Assembly: GCF_032062105.1 (NCBI RefSeq)
Contig: NW_026938763.1
Coordinates: 1-64,000, forward strand
Origin: Saccostrea cucullata
Lineage: Eukaryota
Direction: 5' to 3'
Length of the DNA: 64,000 nt
How positions within the stretch are numbered: position 1 is the first letter of the stretch; each line of letters begins with the position of its first letter. Made by a program: the position numbers and the translations under genes. The notes beneath the pieces were generated by a model that made no database searches, was not told where the DNA came from, and worked only from the letters and a program-made list of their open reading frames with translations. Below, piece by piece: positions 48,101 through 61,075 of the stretch.

Positions 48101-51100
48101 ATATAATAATTTGTACAAGAATTATGAGGATAAAAGACTTACCAAAGCATTCGATTATTAACTGGATAGGCTGTTTTGAGGAAGGAGGATGGTTTAATTG
48201 ACATTCGCCCAGCGAAAGCATGCAGAGAAGGAGATGTGTTCTTAGTTGAGCAATTTGTAATGAAAGATCGCCAAAGACAGCTAGAAAAAAAAATGATTAT
48301 CGTAAGATTTATACAATTTTTCAATACCTAATATTTGGTTTACTATAGATTTTAACACATTAGGTATGATCTATAATCATATTTAATAAAAGCTGATCCT
48401 ACGACAGAATTTACTCTGATTGTGTTGGTCATCGTGCTCTTTCTGGGAAAGGACATGCTTATCCACTGATCCTATTTCTAAGATGTGATCATTTCTGGCA
48501 ACATGTTACGTGACCGCTTGGATCAGTTGATTCGCGCGTGGCCAGAACGTATGCAGGTGTACAGTGGCTGCAACATACACGAACAATCACGTTACAAGAA
48601 CGATTCCGCACGATTAACGCACGATTAAACCTGTTACACGAACGATCCTTCACGCACACGATTGCTAACACAAACGCACGATTCTTCACTCAAAATAGTT
48701 CAAAATATTTAGGAATCGATATTTTCAAAACGAAATACGGCCTAATACTAATTTAATATTTCAAAGAATTATCAATATTATTTCATAGACTTTCAAAAAA
48801 TAAACGGAAATGGATATCTCTGTAGCTTAATACATGTTAGACTTAATATTTAAGATTATAAATAATTATTAAGATAATTCTCCGACCAAAAAACGTATGG
48901 ATTTTTTGTTCTATCAGAAGATGTACATGTATGTGGGTCGTATAATTGATTGAATTGGATTTCATGATATGCAGAAATGGGGATACGATTGAAAAAAAAA
49001 ATGGCAGCATGGAATGACTGAAATTACAAATTATATCCGTATGTTTCCATTGATTCAATGTTTGTTAATCTCTAAAAATGAACTTGCTACAGTGACTTAT
49101 TTAACCTTTTTATTTGCAGAAATCTAAAAATTAATTAATTAAAAAGCTCAAGTGATAAACACATATAATCAAAACCCCCAAAAATCATGTCGTGTGCATG
49201 TATATTCGTCGACTAAATATTTATGTAAGCGTTGAGGAAATGTTTATTAATTTGTAAATATATTTATTTTTGATGGATTGATTTCAAAATTATTTTGACC
49301 ACAATTAGCAGTAAATAATAATGAAAATCAGATTTAAAAAAGCGTTGATGATCCAAGTACTGTTAATCACAACATTGATCACGCCATTTGACGAGAACTT
49401 AATATTGTACGACCTAATATATTGCTTGTTTACGAGCTATAATTAGTTCGTTCTGCATTCAATTATGTACATTTTATTTGGATTTAAATAAAAAAAAAAA
49501 AAGGGGAAATGCTAATTTTACAAATAACATTCCGATAAAAACTTACAAAACGAAATTTACACGATTCGAAACGCACGATCTCGCACGATTAAAACCGCAA
49601 ACGATTGAGTTTGATACACGCACGATTTTGCACGCGACACGAACGATCACGCACGATACACGAACGATTCTACACGATTGGTTTGTCAACAATAACGTTG
49701 CATCCACTGTACATTAAAATCAGAGAAATACTTAAAAAGAATAATGAACACTGAAATATAATTTTGGTTATTTTATTGAATTTATTTAACACGTTCAAAA
49801 ACGTTTTGATAATCCTTCGTTTCTTTTTAAAATGACTTCTTTTAAGATTTTACATTGGATAAATATTTTTGTATTGATATTTAATAGGTAAAGCAAAATT
49901 CTAGATCCCACATCTATATTTTTCTTGTTTGACAATTTTCTATTTATTGCATTATAAAAGGATTATTTTTATCATTTCTTGTTTTGTTTCATTCATTTAC
50001 TGTAATACGTGACAAAAATAAAAGGTTACAAATTCGAACATCTATTCAAATACAATAAAATGAGCAAGTTGCTCTAAATCATCGAGCATTACCGATTCTC
50101 TAGATGCTAAATTTGGTTAATCGTATTTGAATATCGTGTTGTGTCAAATACACAGACGAAACCAATACATTAAAGGCTAGACAAACGGCACGCTAACAAT
50201 ATCCTGAGAATATGCCATTAGCACCGGAGAGATCATCAACTTAGCCGCTTATATCGATTTCTTATTAGCGCCACTTCCAGGCCTTCTAATCTCTCCTAGT
50301 TTATTGATATCAGCATCTGCATGTTCACTTAGGATACATTTATGTTGCAATTTACATCATTACAAATATGAAAAATACATAGTCTCTTTTCGTGGACTGA
50401 TGTTATGTTCTATTTATTGTCAATGTATCCATTGAACCTAAAAACATGAATAAAGCATGAAATTAGAAGATGGTAAATTTTTAAATCTCTTTCAAGATAT
50501 CTAGATTATCCATATCTTTTTTTCTCTTATGATTTATTTTTTGAACAGATGTTCAGAACTTTGCTTTGTCTGGATTCAATCATGTCTATTTTGGCATGTT
50601 GTTACATTTTTACCTTTGCAAAATCACATGGAGAACAAAACGTGAATAATTCCATATAAATCGTAAAATCTTTTTAAATAGATTATTATCATTATACCTC
50701 TAATGATTTTCCCTATTTAAAATTAAGTCATTAGATCTAAACAGTTCCCTAGAAATCGCTGTGAATCGGCCTATCCCTGTGCGTTAGTTTTGTTTATGAG
50801 CTTATCCCTCGGCCGAAGGCTAATCATGCTAATTCGCGGATATAGATTCTCATTGTGGTGTTATAATAGAGCGAGGCAAAAACACAATGCTTCGTGACGT
50901 ATTTCACATAAGAAAACGCAACAAAATAAGACGTAGACAACAAGCAACATGCAATGATTGCATTAGAATTAGGTAATGTCTGTCTTCATATTTGCTATTT
51001 GCGACGAATAATGATAAGTTAATCTGTGAATGATTATTTTGTTAAAGGTGATCTTTACAATTCAAATTTGTATCGGTTAAAAAAAAAACAGTTATAGTAC

Positions 51101-52173
51101 ATCATTGAGGGAATATCCCTCGATCAGGACTATTTCCATCGGTGATTGAACCTTGGGAAATATTCGTGGTCTTGGGGAACTGGAATCTTGCTAACTCACT
51201 CAATGAAATACTTTAACTGTATTCTAAACATTTTGGTCTTTTAGGTGTCAATAGTTGCTGTTTCGACATGTCGGTACATATTCTGGCAGCGGAGCGGTTT
51301 GGAGTACCTGTTGATTAAGGAGCCTTACCTTGCTAGCCTTTTGAGGGCGGTCTTGGGAAGAGATATCACCAACAAGTTATACTCCATTAATGACAAGGTA
51401 ACATTAAAGTTTTATTTCATGTTTTTTTTTATTCCATCGTAAAAAAACCCGATTTGAAGATTTGATGATAATAAAAGAAGTACAAATAGGATGATTTTTA
51501 GTGTGTTTACAAGAAGGAAAATACATGTATCAAATTGTCCTTTTCAATTATATAGCTTGTCAAGAATAAAGGATCCCGAATGGACATACGACTTCCGAGT
51601 ATCTCAGCTGTGGCGCGAGGGCGGCACTGTCATGATGACGTCATTGAAAAGGGCATAGAACGGAAAACTTCTCTGTATGGGACAAAGCTTGGGGACACAC
51701 TGGGACATATTGAGCGGGAAGAATCTTCAGAAGGTATTAATATAGATTATTAATATAGATAAAAACGGAATATAAGACACACGTAGGTGTTGAAAAGTGA
51801 GAGTGAGGAGAATGGAATGGAGAAGAGAGAGGAAGTGTCTGGGGGAGGGGAGGTGAATCACATATATTCAAGGTATTCAGAATACTGTAAAATCACATAT
51901 GTTCAAGGTGTCAGATTTTCATGGTTTAAGGAAAATACATTGGTTCATGGGAATTTGATTTCTTGTTAAAAAATTGTTTGTGAAAAATCACATTTCATGG
52001 TGGACATTAATACCTTGAAAGCCATGAAAATTAAACCCCCGGGAAAAAATATGATTTCACAGTATTAAAAATAAAATGGTGTGCAGTATATAAGGTAAAT
52101 GCCTGTTATATCGTATTTCTTTCTTTTTTTTTTGTTGCATATTTTACTTATGGTCTGTTTTGCAGAAGAATAA
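41923..52173 (+). CDS. POPDC: Popeye domain-containing protein (POPDC/BVES family cAMP-binding membrane protein), 7 coding exons, 317 aa
   Basis: Exons 41923-42118, 42800-42989, 43266-43388, 44641-44746, 51245-51397, 51556-51733, 52166-52173 join in phase to 954 nt. Motifs: N-terminal sequons, CHW..PQHYLFQMAN, three hydrophobic segments, WSWVILCAPDYFSWN, RPVKF, DRLGLLIAGR, FIDSPEF...YQVS (DSPE/FQVT-like cassette), LGRDITNKLYSIN, DIRLPS. Confidence 0.95.
42800..42989 (+). CDS. POPDC: POPDC coding exon 2 (GFLLLSIWSW...PLRVPR)
   Basis: tttttag acceptor, gtaaga donor, transmembrane segments and RPVKF motif. Confidence 0.93.
43266..43388 (+). CDS. POPDC: POPDC coding exon 3 (HLYKKLV...DRLGLLIAGR)
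   Basis: ctttag acceptor, gtaatt donor, 123 nt phase 2-2; start of the Popeye domain. Confidence 0.92.
43354..43810 (+). repeat. ~44-bp degenerate tandem array derived from the POPDC exon 3 end and donor site
   Basis: Unit aaatagacagact.ggtctacttatagctggaa.gtaa seen about 9-10 times; the first copy is coding. Confidence 0.88.
44641..44746 (+). CDS. POPDC: POPDC coding exon 4 (MSVYSSH...FIDSPEF...DKYQ)
   Basis: ttgatag acceptor; contains DSPE; ends CAG|GCGAGT (GC donor). Confidence 0.92.
44880..45790 (+). mobile_element. Helitron/Helentron-like non-autonomous element interrupted by a SINE
   Basis: Same head (gatgtgtttgtgaa...cccagtggcaacaaagttcgaaaaa), internal units and AGAC tail as 17358-17800. 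Confidence 0.75.
45200..45506 (+). mobile_element. tRNA-derived SINE nested in a Helitron/Helentron-like repeat
   Basis: A box ggcagagtgg, B box ggttcgaatcc, same body and tail as 15110-15457. Partial copies at 6420-6488, 8993-9178, 29660-29725, 53910-54115, 54490-54580. Confidence 0.87.
48562..49709. mobile_element. TA-flanked non-autonomous DNA transposon with subterminal CACGAT repeats
   Basis: ta|cagtggctgcaac ... gttgcatccactg|ta; cacgat/acgatt arrays at 48575-48685 and 49545-49680. Confidence 0.8.
51245..51397 (+). CDS. POPDC: POPDC coding exon 5 (VSIVAVSTCRY...KLYSINDK)
   Basis: cttttag acceptor, gtaaca donor, 153 nt; CRYIFWQR and GRDITNKLY motifs. Confidence 0.93.
51556..51733 (+). 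CDS. POPDC: POPDC coding exon 6 (LVKNKGSRMDIRLPS...EESSE)
   Basis: tatag acceptor, open frame, DIRLPS motif, donor gtatta. Confidence 0.85.
52166..52173 (+). CDS. POPDC: POPDC terminal coding exon (EE-stop)
   Basis: Strong acceptor ctgttttgcag then AA GAA TAA in the expected phase. Very short, so less certain. Confidence 0.6.
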
Positions 52174-53725
52174 TATTCATTAGAATCAAATGAACTGTAA
52201 AATATGAAACAATTACGGATATCCTATGCCTTTAAGTATGACACATTTAATTGTAAATCTTAGATAACATTGCATTTTAAAGCCTAGATCGTCTGCATGA
52301 GTAATAATGCATTTAGAAATTAAAAATGTAGACTAGACGGTAGTTCTTTAATTATCAGCTGAAAAAAGATTCTTTGATCTGGTATAGATGTAATAAAATA
52401 CGACCGAGAAATTCATATTTTTTTTTATTGCACTTTGACAGTCTCAATGCCATAATGCTTTAGAATTTTAATAAAACATAATTTTAAAGGGATGAAAGTA
52501 AAATTCATAATAGTAATAGCTAATTACAATTAAATAAAAAGTCAAGTAAAAAAAAAAGCTAATTCAGAGAACATGTGGATCATGCGTAAGAAAAAAGGAA
52601 GAGTATCCACAGATCTAAGGGGATGTCAAAGGAGGATACTTTAAGAAGGGCTATAAGGAGTAATAGTATAGAATTTTTTATATCAAGAGCTTAAAAGCTT
52701 CTTTGGATATCGCCCGAAAATGAAATCTTAAACAAACACAGAATTTATGATTTTATGTTTGATGTTGACCTTCGACTTTTGGACCTTTAATGGCGTTTAG
52801 TCATTCTTACAATCATAAAAAAATGCTGTGGGGAAAGACCATTTAAAAGCAATTGATTTTAAAAATATATTCTTATTGGTTTGCTTATATTTGCACATTA
52901 CGTCGTGTAACCAATGGCCCGAATTTTATTCAAACTCTTTTATGTCAAGGGTGAGTGTTGGGTTTAGAAATTACAAAAGCATGACATTTTGAAGGTGTGC
53001 AAACACTGTAAAGACACATATACACTTATAAATAGAAAATTCCCAAGTAGTTAAATTCATATATTTTCTAATATCAGAATATTTTTACTTGGAAAACTTA
53101 AATGGTGACGTCGTATGAATCTTTCAATCTATCATGTTTGATTTTATGTCACAAGAGCTTGAATTATATGCACTTACATTCATAGCATGATGACATGTAA
53201 CCATACTTGTAAATAATGCATTTCCTTAGTCATGTGTATTTTGCTTATTCGAAATCTTACCTTCTTACTCTATGTTCTTTGTGTATGAAATTTACTAGAC
53301 TTTTTAAACATGATATCCAGTACATGTGGCTAATTTTGAGGCTTCATTTTTGGCTAAATACGCTCAAAACCAAAACTAAATGGACTTGACAAGAAATTGT
53401 CGAAAAATATATAGTTCTTCATTGTGGGGTAATTTTTTTTTTAATTTCAATTGTTTTCAAGGGCAAACAGATGTTACTGAGAAAACCGAACTACTGAATG
53501 GAGTAAAGGATCATCAGAGTAAAAGATTTGCTGAAAAAACATGATCGAGCACTGCTTTTTGATGAAAAATTCCAGAATCCAATGTGTCTAGTCAAGATAA
53601 TTGCCACTTTGATTAAGAATTTAACTGTAATAAAGATTAAGAATTTAACTGTAATAAAAATATTTATATCTCTTTATTGGAATTTTTTTTCTCTCTCTAT
53701 CTCTCTCTCTTACTGAGTGCTTTTG

Positions 53726-53891
53726 CATAGGCGTTGGAACCAAGATGCTTGGGGGGGGGGGGGGGGGGGGGGCTTGGCCACCTCTTTTTTTGCAGATGTA
53801 CATAACATAGGCATTGGAAATTGGAGTCCATCTTTATTTTGTAGGTTTAGCCCCCCCCCCCCCCCCTTTCAATTTGCTTCCGACGCCTATG
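53726..53891. mobile_element. Small MITE with CATAGGCGT termini and subterminal G/C runs
   Basis: cataggcgttggaa..poly-G ... poly-C..ttccgacgcctatg, flanked by TTTTG on both sides. Confidence 0.8.
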
Positions 53892-55794
53892 TTTTGTACA
53901 TCACACATGGTGGCCGCCCGCATGGAGCAGTTATAAGAGCGTGTGCTCTAGAGTTGCAAAGTAAGGATTTAATCCTTACATCGAGGGTTCGAAGTTGGAT
54001 GTGGAGGCCGGTCTTTGGGATGACACAGCAATATAACCATGCAAGTAGTGGCTTCTCCACATGAATGAAAAAATATGGAGAGAAACGTTAAACAATATCG
54101 TCTATTCAACCCATCGATTATCTTTCATTGTACAGTAGGGGACACTTAACAGCTGCTTTATAACTAATTAGTAAAGTCACTCTACCACTATGCAATCCCA
54201 CAATTCTCTGGAATGATTAAATCTTTGTCATATTCGTTTCAATCATTGTGAAATGCCTAATGTCCAACACAAAATATAAAATTCCCGGAATTCATATAAT
54301 TTATTGATATGAAAACAATGCGACAAATAATGTGCCAGACTAATTGCTCTAAATTCTGTTTACTCTGAGACGTGTTTATTGGCATATGTCAGAATGTATT
54401 TATTAAACTTGTTTTGATTGTTGAGGTATACTGCATTGATTAAGTTTGTCATTAATAGAAAACGGAACTGGTGTTCAGTTCAAAAGATATTTTATTTATT
54501 TGTTTGTATGTTGTTTAAAGTCCTTCTCGAGCATTTTTCAATCGTATGTAAACACCACAACTTGCCAGTGGAGAGCTGTAAAGAAACACGCACGCTAACT
54601 CTCGATTCCCCCCTACATTTTGGAACCATTTAATTCAACATGAATAACAATTTGGCCATAAAATCTTTGTTTAATACAAAGAACAGTTCAATGGTAATTG
54701 ATAAATCGTCTTAATACCAGCGCTAAACAGTAAATTATCCATAATTCCAGCTCTTGAAAAAAGGGGGGTATACGATATTTTCCATTGAAATCGGAGTTTC
54801 AAGCATCACCGTATTTTTAAATAGTCTTGGATGTGATTAAATGTTCCTTATATCTTTTCTTATGTTTTAGGCAAATAAATAAAACATAAATATTTCAATA
54901 AAATATAATGTTTCAGTTGTATATCGCTTTAAAATTGGTGGAAAATAAGCATTTTTATCGTTTTTTGTCAATAAACATATGTTCCCCCCAGTGTCACACA
55001 GAAAGCTTTGGTATGAATTTGTGAAATAACATTCAATATTACCTGTAAAAAGGAATTTTTGAGACACGGGTGGGGCCAGATGTTTTTAAAATATTTTCCG
55101 TTTTCCGTTGATTTTTTAGTGAAAAACACAAGTTTTACCAAAATTTTAGAGTTATCTCTCTTTGTTTTCCCAAATAAGTAATGTGTAATGAAAATCCACA
55201 TAATAAGCTATGAAAAATATTAAAAATTCATCGAATATGTTAACTTTTGAAAATTGACTTGGAGGTAGGCGTGAGAACAATACTATCGTTCGCAGTTCTT
55301 TTGTCCTATACTCGACCTACGGACATTGAGCACCTACTGCGACTCGGGACCTCTCGGTTAACACAGTCTCAGCCAAAGAACCACTCACCACGTCTAACTA
55401 CTGGGAAATTCACTCTGAAATACACTGTGAAATACATTTTGAAACACAATGAAATCTATCCGACTAAACCTAAACTAACAATCTTTTAATTATATGACGG
55501 AGAGAAATGAAATCACACTACGGGTGTTATTCTTTATTCAGTATGCTTATTTTGAAGTAATGAAAAAGATAATTGCAGAAAATGTCAAATATCGCATAGA
55601 AATTAAAACGAAAATGGACTTTCTGATTTTCATAGTTTTCAAATCATCATTTTTATAAACATAAAATTTACGTTGGAAGCTTTCAAATAATTAATCTAAC
55701 ATGGAATAATTAGTTGATATAACGTTAAGTCTGTGAGAAAATAAGAGAAGGATTTAAAAATAACAGGGCAACGTGACTTAGTTGTGAACAGTAT

Positions 55795-55995
55795 CCCAGC
55801 ATGCACACAACGTTGTTTCAACTTTGAAAATAGCTGGAATTTAAGTTAAAACGTTGATCAACTAGTTTTCAACGTTGTTTCAACGTTGTGGTTTCAATGT
55901 TAAAATCTCAACCCTTTTCAAAGTTTAAACAACGATGAAAATGCCACAGATTTTCAACGTTGAAGTTGAAAGAACGTTGAGGATTTTAACGTTTA
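55795..55995. repeat. DNA-transposon end fragment with CAACGTTG palindromic units
   Basis: Starts cccagcatgcacacaacgttg; multiple (t)caacgttg(a) units. Confidence 0.6.
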
Positions 55996-57439
55996 CTGTT
56001 TGATCCTTTTACAATTTTTAAACTAAACATTTTCCCAGCGGTGAATGTATCTTTTTTGTAAGTTTAATATTAATATCTATTATACCTCTAGTATTCCAGA
56101 AATTATATCTATGAAAATAAATCCGCCCTCTAAATCAACGTTATTTATTTCGTAGAGTAGACGAGACTGTGGATCCTAAAAATTACAATTCGATTCATAA
56201 CGGCATATTGCTCGTGAGTGTCATGAGAATTAATTTTATAATGATTTGATGATTGAAAAATACATTCCCCTCATAAATCTGTTTCATCGAGAATTAAAGA
56301 GGGCATTTCGATTAATGCATTGAAAGACTACAAATATTTATCGAACAATGGTATTTGTTAACCAGAATAGATAAAAAGATGAAGAAAAGAACAGATTGTG
56401 CGGAATATAATCAAAAGTATGCCAATAAAGTTTTATTCTGCTTGATGATAATCTTGACATAATCGTTTTATTATCTCATCAACCAGATGCAGTAAAAGAT
56501 GAACATTAAAAGGAAGTATAAATTTCCTGACAATTAATTTCCCTAGTCCCTCTTTTACATTCCTTCTTTCAAGGTTTTTCATATCCTGAACATTAAACGA
56601 CACCGGTTGATTTTTATATGATTAATTCATTCAAGGCAGGGAAAATAAAGTCCGTGACAGATGCTTAATATGCATTAAAACGGAATTGGTACTTTTGTAT
56701 TAAAAAGAAACATCTTGTTGACAAAAAAAGTTATAGGTTGCAAAAATAAACTCTTTAAGTTTTCCCTCTTGTTGTATATGTTTTTACGATCACTGTGAAT
56801 TGATAAAATAAAGCGTATGCAGTTCATGTATAACGATTAAGTACAGAAAAATAACTGATTAACATTAATACGTTCCGTCCGATTATTCGGTTGTTTCCTT
56901 TTTTTCACTTAAGATATTTTCAAGAAAACAAGAACAAAATGAGCTGCTTACATTTAAATGATTACATATGTTGAAGACAATATAACATTCATTTCTTTTA
57001 ATAAGCGAACAAAAATATATGGCACATCACTAAGGGAGTAATTATCAATACGATAAAAATCTGAAACCCACGCTACATGTATCTCAGTGTCAGATTATAC
57101 GCATTGGTAAAAATACAACATTAAACATTTTGTTTTTTAATTGAATTCTCTGATAATTGCGTTCAAGTTAAGACATTTTTGTTATTCACATATTCTATTT
57201 TTTTATAGACGAATGAATTTAAACTGCTGAATTTTAACCAGTTACCATCTTTTTAACTAAGTAACTGGATGCTTGTTTTCAAATACCTAGTACTTGTATG
57301 TATTGATAATGTAAAACGTTACTGCAAAAATAAATATACAGCTACATGTATAGTTTGAAGGTCAATCTGACTGAAAGAATAGTGCAATCATAATCATTAC
57401 ACAACAGATACAATTATGATTAGCACAAGCATCAGCAAT

Positions 57440-57614
57440 TATCCACGATACAGGTGAAATCAAAGAGTCACGCCCACCTAAATGAGTCTTGATAAAGGCT
57501 AACAAGCACTTGAATCATCTGCTACAGCCGCCGTCTACAGCTATTGATTTCTGTCGTGTTCCGCTGGAAGGATAGGGCGCCCAGATACAATAATAAGCCA
57601 GCTGTCATCAGAAG
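57440..57614 (+). promoter_or_regulatory. Candidate promoter and non-coding first exon of a gene continuing beyond the window
   Basis: Locally GC-richer, apparently unique sequence with E-boxes and a GC-box-like cacgccc, ending in a strong donor AAG|GTAAGA at 57615. No coding exon found downstream in the window. Confidence 0.35.
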
Positions 57615-57739
57615 GTAAGAGTTTCACTATTCATAAAACTGATTTGAAAAGTAATCATTAAATATGTCACAGTTTGTATCAATTAGAAATAATAAAGGAT
57701 AAAAATTACGAAGAGTAATTAAGCAAAATGGTAAATTGA

Positions 57740-58450
57740 GTCAGTACAAATTGGGAGCAGAATCAAACACACCGTTTAAAAATGATAAGAGATGGGACCA
57801 AGTGTCATTTAAAAGTAAGAATCCCCGGTCGAAAAGTCATACCCTCCTTATGCTTCTTTAAATTTGTGTTAAATTTGGAGATAAGAAAAATAAGTCTATA
57901 TAAATAAGCAATATATGTGGGGATAATGTACTCTATTCCTTCCTTGAAATTGTCGAGAAATAACGGGAAAACCGTCGACAACTACTCAGTGACTGTGTAA
58001 ATTATGGCCTAACGATCAGTATGAAAAAAGTCGGTCAGCATTTAACCCATTAAATATGTTTTTTTGCTCAGTAGGTCATCGTAACGAGATTTCTTATATT
58101 CTTGCTTCATCAACTAATTATCAATAATTTTCATCGTTTTTAAAATTATTTATAGGTAGAACATGCTCTTCCGTATCTAATCAACTGAGATATATAAACT
58201 CTATATGCATGTGCGAAGAGTATTTTCCTGCATTAGCAAGGAAGTGCATGTAGACCATTGAAAAGTTAAAGTAATTACGTTGATATTAAAGCTTTGTTGT
58301 TAAATAACCATGAATGTCTTTTTCTAGTAAAAGTTCCAATCATGAAATAGATATGTCAGACTCTATGGTATCTTTTATTTCAAACTCGCCGGGATATATC
58401 GTATCGACATACAAATGGAAATAAAAAACGTCGGATAAGTCGTCGAATCA
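57740..58450 (-). mobile_element. Second degraded Penelope-like RT fragment
   Basis: Aligns by eye with 29960-30600 (e.g. tgtcagact..ggtatcttttat, catgctct..gtatc.aatc.actgaga). Confidence 0.65.
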
Positions 58451-59897
58451 TCTAAATGTCTTCTTTTGTATATTTTTTTTAAAAACATTAATATATCTTT
58501 TAAGGTATAAACAAGCAATCAGCCTGTTTTTTTAATATTCATTTTGAATTATGACAAATACATTTAGTACATATAAATTATGAAGATGAAACACAAAATA
58601 CAACATTAAAGACCATTCAAAGAAAGCAAATCAGGAGCAGAGCAAACACAGAACTGACCTCATAAATATCAGAGGTGAGAAAAGAGACCACGGCGAAGTG
58701 AGCATTCCCTGCCGTCCAGTCACACCCACCATTTGGTACTTGTTATGAAATGGAAAAGGTGAAACTGTGGAAAAGACACTGTCTAGTTAATGGATATGCA
58801 CTAAATATGTTAAAAGTCAGATAGCTTATGACTTTAAGAAAGGTTGCATCAGGATTTTATTACAAAAATGCATGCCTGAGTGTAACATTTGTGTGCATTA
58901 AAGGCAGTATTCCAATCCCATTAGATGATAACTTTTTTCCCAATTTAAGCAAAATAAGCTCAGGGATTTTGTAAAATGTTTGCATGTCTAGTAATTTTAT
59001 TGTACGGTGTGTTGGAATTATTAAACTTTGTGCTCGTGTATGAAAACTGTATATTCTTGGAAAGCTATTTTTTGCCAAAATGGATAAAATGAATATTACG
59101 TAGAATTGTGTATGCAGATGTTTTGTCTCAAACGGTTAAGATTTAATCATGAAGGTTATCCTTAATAAAATGCATTGAGGATTAGCCTTTTATACGACAT
59201 CATTAACTTGTGCAAGGAAAAGTTAAACGTATTTTCTTTTTGTGACAGCCACTATGCAAGACGCTTCATTTTATTTTAAGTAAAGCATTAGGTTTCTATA
59301 TTTCCATTTGTTAAACGTAATATACGAATATTTTAACCCTATATGCAGTATCAAATATAATTTTTTTGTAATTTATTCAGATAATTGCCTTTCTATGAAG
59401 AAGAAAAAATGGCTTTCAATTTAATATACCATATGTTACATAAAACATAATCTACCATATGTTACATGGAACAAACTATTTACCCATTTATATGAATCTA
59501 ATAAAATTTTGTGTCTTGTGAAACTAATATGAATTAATAAAATATTATAAGGCCAAAAGTTTTTTTTTCTTTTTAATCAATATCATGAAAATATTAATAA
59601 TCATTTTTTTTTAGAATTAACTGAATTACAATATTTATGATCGATGAGATCAATCTTCTAGTATAGGAATTTAATCCAAACAATCCAAGCTGTGAATCCT
59701 TTTGATAGTGCTGGTAAATACAGCAGTCACGGAATGGCCTGCTTTTTCAGGATCCTTAAATAGCACGGCTTATATTGTGCCGCTGCTTATAATAATAACT
59801 GTAAGGAATCATGAAAAGTTTTCATATCAAGCAATGAATCTCCTTCTCACATCCATCAGATCTCTAATCATGATGAATTAAAAAATGTTCATATGTA

Positions 59898-60315
59898 ACA
59901 ACAAGCGATGTTTGTGAAACACTGAACCCAGCGGCAAAAAGTTCGAAAAAACTATTTTTAGTATATACGTTACAACAAAGGTCAAGGGTTTTGACCTTTG
60001 TGTCATTTGTAAGGTCTTAATTAGAGGAGTATGTATACTAAAGATCAGGTATCTATCTCTGTTGGTTCAAAGTTGTGGTGAGGGTTCAAAAAGGTTTTTT
60101 GAAGCATAAAGGTCACTTTCAAGCTCAAAAGATCATTGAACTTAGAGACCTTAGAAGGAGGTTAATTAATGGAGTATGCATACTAAACATGAGTTATCTA
60201 TTTCTCATGGTTCAAATGTTATGACAAGGTTAAAGTTGACAGACAAACAGACAGACAGACAGGACATGTACAAAATGATATGATCTCCCGATCTCTTGAT
60301 CCTGGCACATGAAAA
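59898..60315 (+). mobile_element. Helitron/Helentron-like non-autonomous element, third copy
   Basis: Same head, two internal units and AGAC tail. Confidence 0.72.
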
Positions 60316-61075
60316 TACAAATTATTTCATCATTTATTTACGCATTGAATAATTTTTTGCCACCAGCTGAGCAGGAAATTGGTTAAAAAATAATATCTTT
60401 CAAAATATGTATCGCTGAACAAAATGCATTTATTAAGCTACAAACACATGCTAAAGAGAAAAATATACAACTTAAATACACAAAAAAATTCTTGCAGCTT
60501 TTTAAAAACTTTTCTTTGGATTATGTGATTATCAAATACAGAAGGAACAAGGATTTTTTAAAACTAAGCAAAATGGGATGTATTGGAGGATTAAGCTTTA
60601 CTATCGAAATGTCATACCTGCCTTGTGCTCCTGACATGATCCGCTAAACGAAAATTAACACTAAGCAAATAGGGGGGGGGGGGATAATATACATGTACTA
60701 ACATTTGTATGAAAGACGCTAATCAGCATTCGATTTAACCATGCGCTGAACTTGCAAAAAGGTCAATGCATCAATCGCAAAACTTGTAATTTGCTGACAT
60801 TAAAGAATACTACTGTAAGATTTTTGATTTAAGCACTCAATAGATTTATTTTGTATTTGAACTTAGGAAGAACTTGTTTTAAAAAGAAGAACTAAGAAAA
60901 GTTAACAAACAGGGATTGCTCTAAAAATCAGCTAATGTTACAATCAATAAAGTCTACATAAAACACCTTTCTCCACTACGTTTTCAAAAGGGGACATTAT
61001 TTAGCAAGGCATGAACAACAGTCCACATGTATATGACACGTGATTTATGAGGATAAGAACAAGCCAGAACATATA

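Noticed and set aside
53717-54064. 115-aa ORF with poly-Gly and poly-Pro
   Set aside because: Spans the G/C runs of a MITE and a SINE fragment.
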